A program made the position numbers and the translations under genes. Source: a virus (taxonomy: Duplodnaviria; Heunggongvirae; Uroviricota; Caudoviricetes). From it: a DNA stretch of 18,628 nt. The stretch lies in the IMG/VR virus record IMGVR_UViG_2731957842_000007, positions 1 to 18,628 of that record; one strand, written 5' to 3'. Each line of letters opens with the position of its first letter. Position 1 is the stretch's first letter. This document shows positions 17,270 through 18,628 of the stretch, in pieces. The notes beneath the pieces are model-generated. The model was not told where the DNA came from. It saw nothing but the letters and a program-made list of their open reading frames with translations, and searched no databases.

Positions 17270-17920
17270 ATGAGCACTATCACTAAAGAACGTATCGAAT
17301 TGTTCATTAAATCCCCGCTTGAAAACGGACTTACTCGTGGCGAACAAATGGAACTGGCACGAATTGCACTGGCATCACTGGAACGCGAACTGATTCGCCA
17401 CGAGCATGCCAAATGGTCTGACTCCACATTTGGCTGCGTTGGCCCTATTGGTCCGCTGAAACATCTCTCAAAAGAGGCACTGGAAGCCGCAGCCGAACCA
17501 GACGATCTTAGCGAGTGGGCTGATATGCAGTTTCTGTTGTGGGATGCACAGCGCCGTGCTGGCATCAGCGATGCTGAAATTACCGCTGCTATGGAAGATA
17601 AATTGAAGATCAACATGGAGCGCCAGTGGCCTGAGCCAAAAGATGGTGAGCCTCGCTTGCACATTAAAGAACCCGGCAACTATCCGGTAACTCCGGATGG
17701 TTGGATAAGCTGTAGTGAGCGAATGCCTGAAAAGAATCGGAACGTGCTTATTTCGGTGAATTTCGATAGCTCTCTGGTTGAACCGCTAATATGCTCCGCA
17801 CGCTATACCGGAAGCACCTTTCGGCGCGGAGATGCAACGATTAAGCCGGGTAATGGTATTGAGCAAGCAACTCACTGGATGCCGCTACCGGAACCGCCGC
17901 AGGAGGTAAACCGTGGCTAA
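17270..17920 (+). CDS. DUF551-like phage protein, 216 aa
   Basis: AAAGGAGAG RBS, ATG 2 nt after the upstream stop; C-terminus ...PDGWISCSERMPE...THWMPLPEPP resembles the DUF551 signature. ORF-track start 17108 rejected. Confidence 0.55.
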   Translation: MSTITKERIELFIKSPLENGLTRGEQMELARIALASLERELIRHEHAKWSDSTFGCVGPIGPLKHLSKEALEAAAEPDDLSEWADMQFLLWDAQRRAGISDAEITAAMEDKLKINMERQWPEPKDGEPRLHIKEPGNYPVTPDGWISCSERMPEKNRNVLISVNFDSSLVEPLICSARYTGSTFRRGDATIKPGNGIEQATHWMPLPEPPQEVNRG

Positions 17921-17982
17921 CCTGCAACTTGCCGTCAAAGGTGAATAACAATCCTCGCACTCGCGGGGATTTCTTTTATCTG

Positions 17983-18007
17983 AACTCGCTACGGCGAGTT
18001 TTGTTTT
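17983..18007 (+). terminator. Rho-independent terminator
   Basis: Stem AACTCGC (17983-17989), loop TACG, stem GCGAGTT (17994-18000), followed by TTGTTTT. Confidence 0.55.
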
Positions 18008-18019
18008 ATGGAGATGATT

Positions 18020-18319
18020 ATGGCCTGTTCAACATTCAACCCTCTAACGTTACAGAAATACCAGACAGACCCTGAAGATTTATGCTCACTGTGTGGCGGA
18101 AATCATGGCAAAGCCGCCATGATCGAATGTAAGGACAAAATCCACATATGCCTTAATTGCGTTGATGTCCTCGTTGATATCAAAAATGAAAGAGAAGATA
18201 AAAAGCGTAGCGAGGCTATTCGCGCCTTAGATTCATGGATGCGAGATGGGTATAGTGCTGCGCAAATTTATGACTTCGCAATATCAAAAGGCGAAATACC
18301 AGGAGTGCGCATCGAATAA
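18020..18319 (+). CDS. Hypothetical Cys-rich (CxxC...CxxC, putative zinc-binding) small protein, 99 aa
   Basis: GGAG 6 nt upstream of ATG 18020 (alternative in-frame ATGs at 18008 and 18014); motifs CSLCGG and CLNC. Confidence 0.45.
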   Translation: MACSTFNPLTLQKYQTDPEDLCSLCGGNHGKAAMIECKDKIHICLNCVDVLVDIKNEREDKKRSEAIRALDSWMRDGYSAAQIYDFAISKGEIPGVRIE

Positions 18320-18361
18320 GACGTAACCAATATTCGAATTGAAGAACTGAAAGAACACCAA

Positions 18362-18383
18362 GCCGCCTGATGGCGGTTTTTTA
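18362..18383 (+). terminator. Rho-independent terminator upstream of the excisionase gene
   Basis: Stem GCCGCC (18362-18367), loop TGAT, stem GGCGGT (18372-18377), followed by TTTTTTATT. Confidence 0.6.
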
Positions 18384-18392
18384 TTGCCTGAT

Positions 18393-18408
18393 TTGCAGGT
18401 TCGATTCC
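18393..18408 (+). repeat. 16 bp exact copy of the argW T-arm segment (TTGCAGGTTCGATTCC; identical to 1054-1069)
   Basis: Exact 16/16 direct repeat of tRNA positions 1054-1069; the flanks diverge and the T-stem cannot form, so it is a fragment, not a tRNA. Confidence 0.5.
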
Positions 18409-18427
18409 CTATTCGGAGATAGCACTC

Positions 18428-18628
18428 ATGCAACACGAACTACAGCCTGATTCACTGGTTGATTTGAAATTCATCATGGCCGATACTGGCTTCGGTAAAA
18501 CCTTCATCTATGACCGGATTAAGTCCGGCGACCTGCCAAAAGCCAAAGTTATCCACGGGCGAGCAAGATGGTTATATCGTGACCATTGTGAATTCAAAAA
18601 TAAGCTCTTAAGCCGCGCCAATGGGTAA
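18428..18628 (+). CDS. torI: Excisionase / TorI-like recombination directionality factor, 66 aa
   Basis: 66 aa ORF MQHELQPDSLVDLKFIMADTGFGKTFIYDRIKSGDLPKAKVIHGRARW..., recognised as the KplE1 TorI/Xis family; last gene of the rightward operon, at the prophage end opposite int. Confidence 0.75.
   Translation: MQHELQPDSLVDLKFIMADTGFGKTFIYDRIKSGDLPKAKVIHGRARWLYRDHCEFKNKLLSRANG

Larger units (their letters stand above)
1054..18628 (+). mobile_element. Defective P22/Sf6-like prophage (KplE1/CPS-53 family) integrated at argW; left boundary lies inside the tRNA 3' portion, right boundary (attR) is beyond the window
   Basis: tRNA-adjacent integrase at the left end, Xis/TorI-like gene at the right end, P22-like tail module on the minus strand, PL-type early-left genes on the plus strand; head, lysis, replication and immunity genes absent. 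Confidence 0.8.

Noticed and set aside
14673-17679. Antisense and alternative-frame ORFs inside the erf-to-DUF551 gene string (for example 14673..14936, 14740..14970, 15152..15391, 15207..15413, 15611..15802, 15930..16244, 16063..16287, 16223..16414, 16288..16470, 16764..17033, 17008..17679, 17468..17662)
   Set aside because: All overlap better-supported plus-strand genes that show RBSs and translational coupling; 17008..17679(-) is Ser/Ala-rich antisense junk.
1-18628. CRISPR arrays, IS elements or transposase genes
   Set aside because: No short regularly spaced repeats, no terminal inverted repeats and no transposase-like ORFs seen on either strand.

Overview
The window covers the chromosomal gene yfdC, the argW tRNA-Arg(CCU) gene, and a roughly 17.5 kb defective P22/Sf6-like prophage of the KplE1/CPS-53 type integrated at argW. 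The prophage runs from a tyrosine integrase (intS-like, 1245..2402) next to the tRNA to an excisionase/TorI-like gene at the window's right edge (18428..18628). Its interior has two blocks. On the minus strand is a P22-like tail/ejection module: tailspike with a conserved head-binding N-terminus and a divergent C-terminal domain, gp16/gp20/gp7 ejection proteins, gp14, tail needle gp26, and a 5'-truncated gp10. On the plus strand is a PL-type early-left operon: N-like antiterminator with an arginine-rich motif, several unrecognised genes with internal terminators, cIII-like and Kil-like peptides, Erf, an SSB-like protein, a Lar-like protein, a DUF551 protein and the excisionase. No head, portal, terminase, lysis, replication or immunity (c2/cro) genes are present. 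The truncated gp10 abuts the N start in antisense, so one internal deletion appears to have removed the whole central part of the phage. I could not identify a known defence system by sequence. The most plausible places for something undescribed are the unrecognised genes between N and cIII (11847..13973) and the lipoprotein next to the orphan Mnt repressor (4873..5358). All protein family calls are from my reading and recollection of the translated ORFs; no database search was possible.
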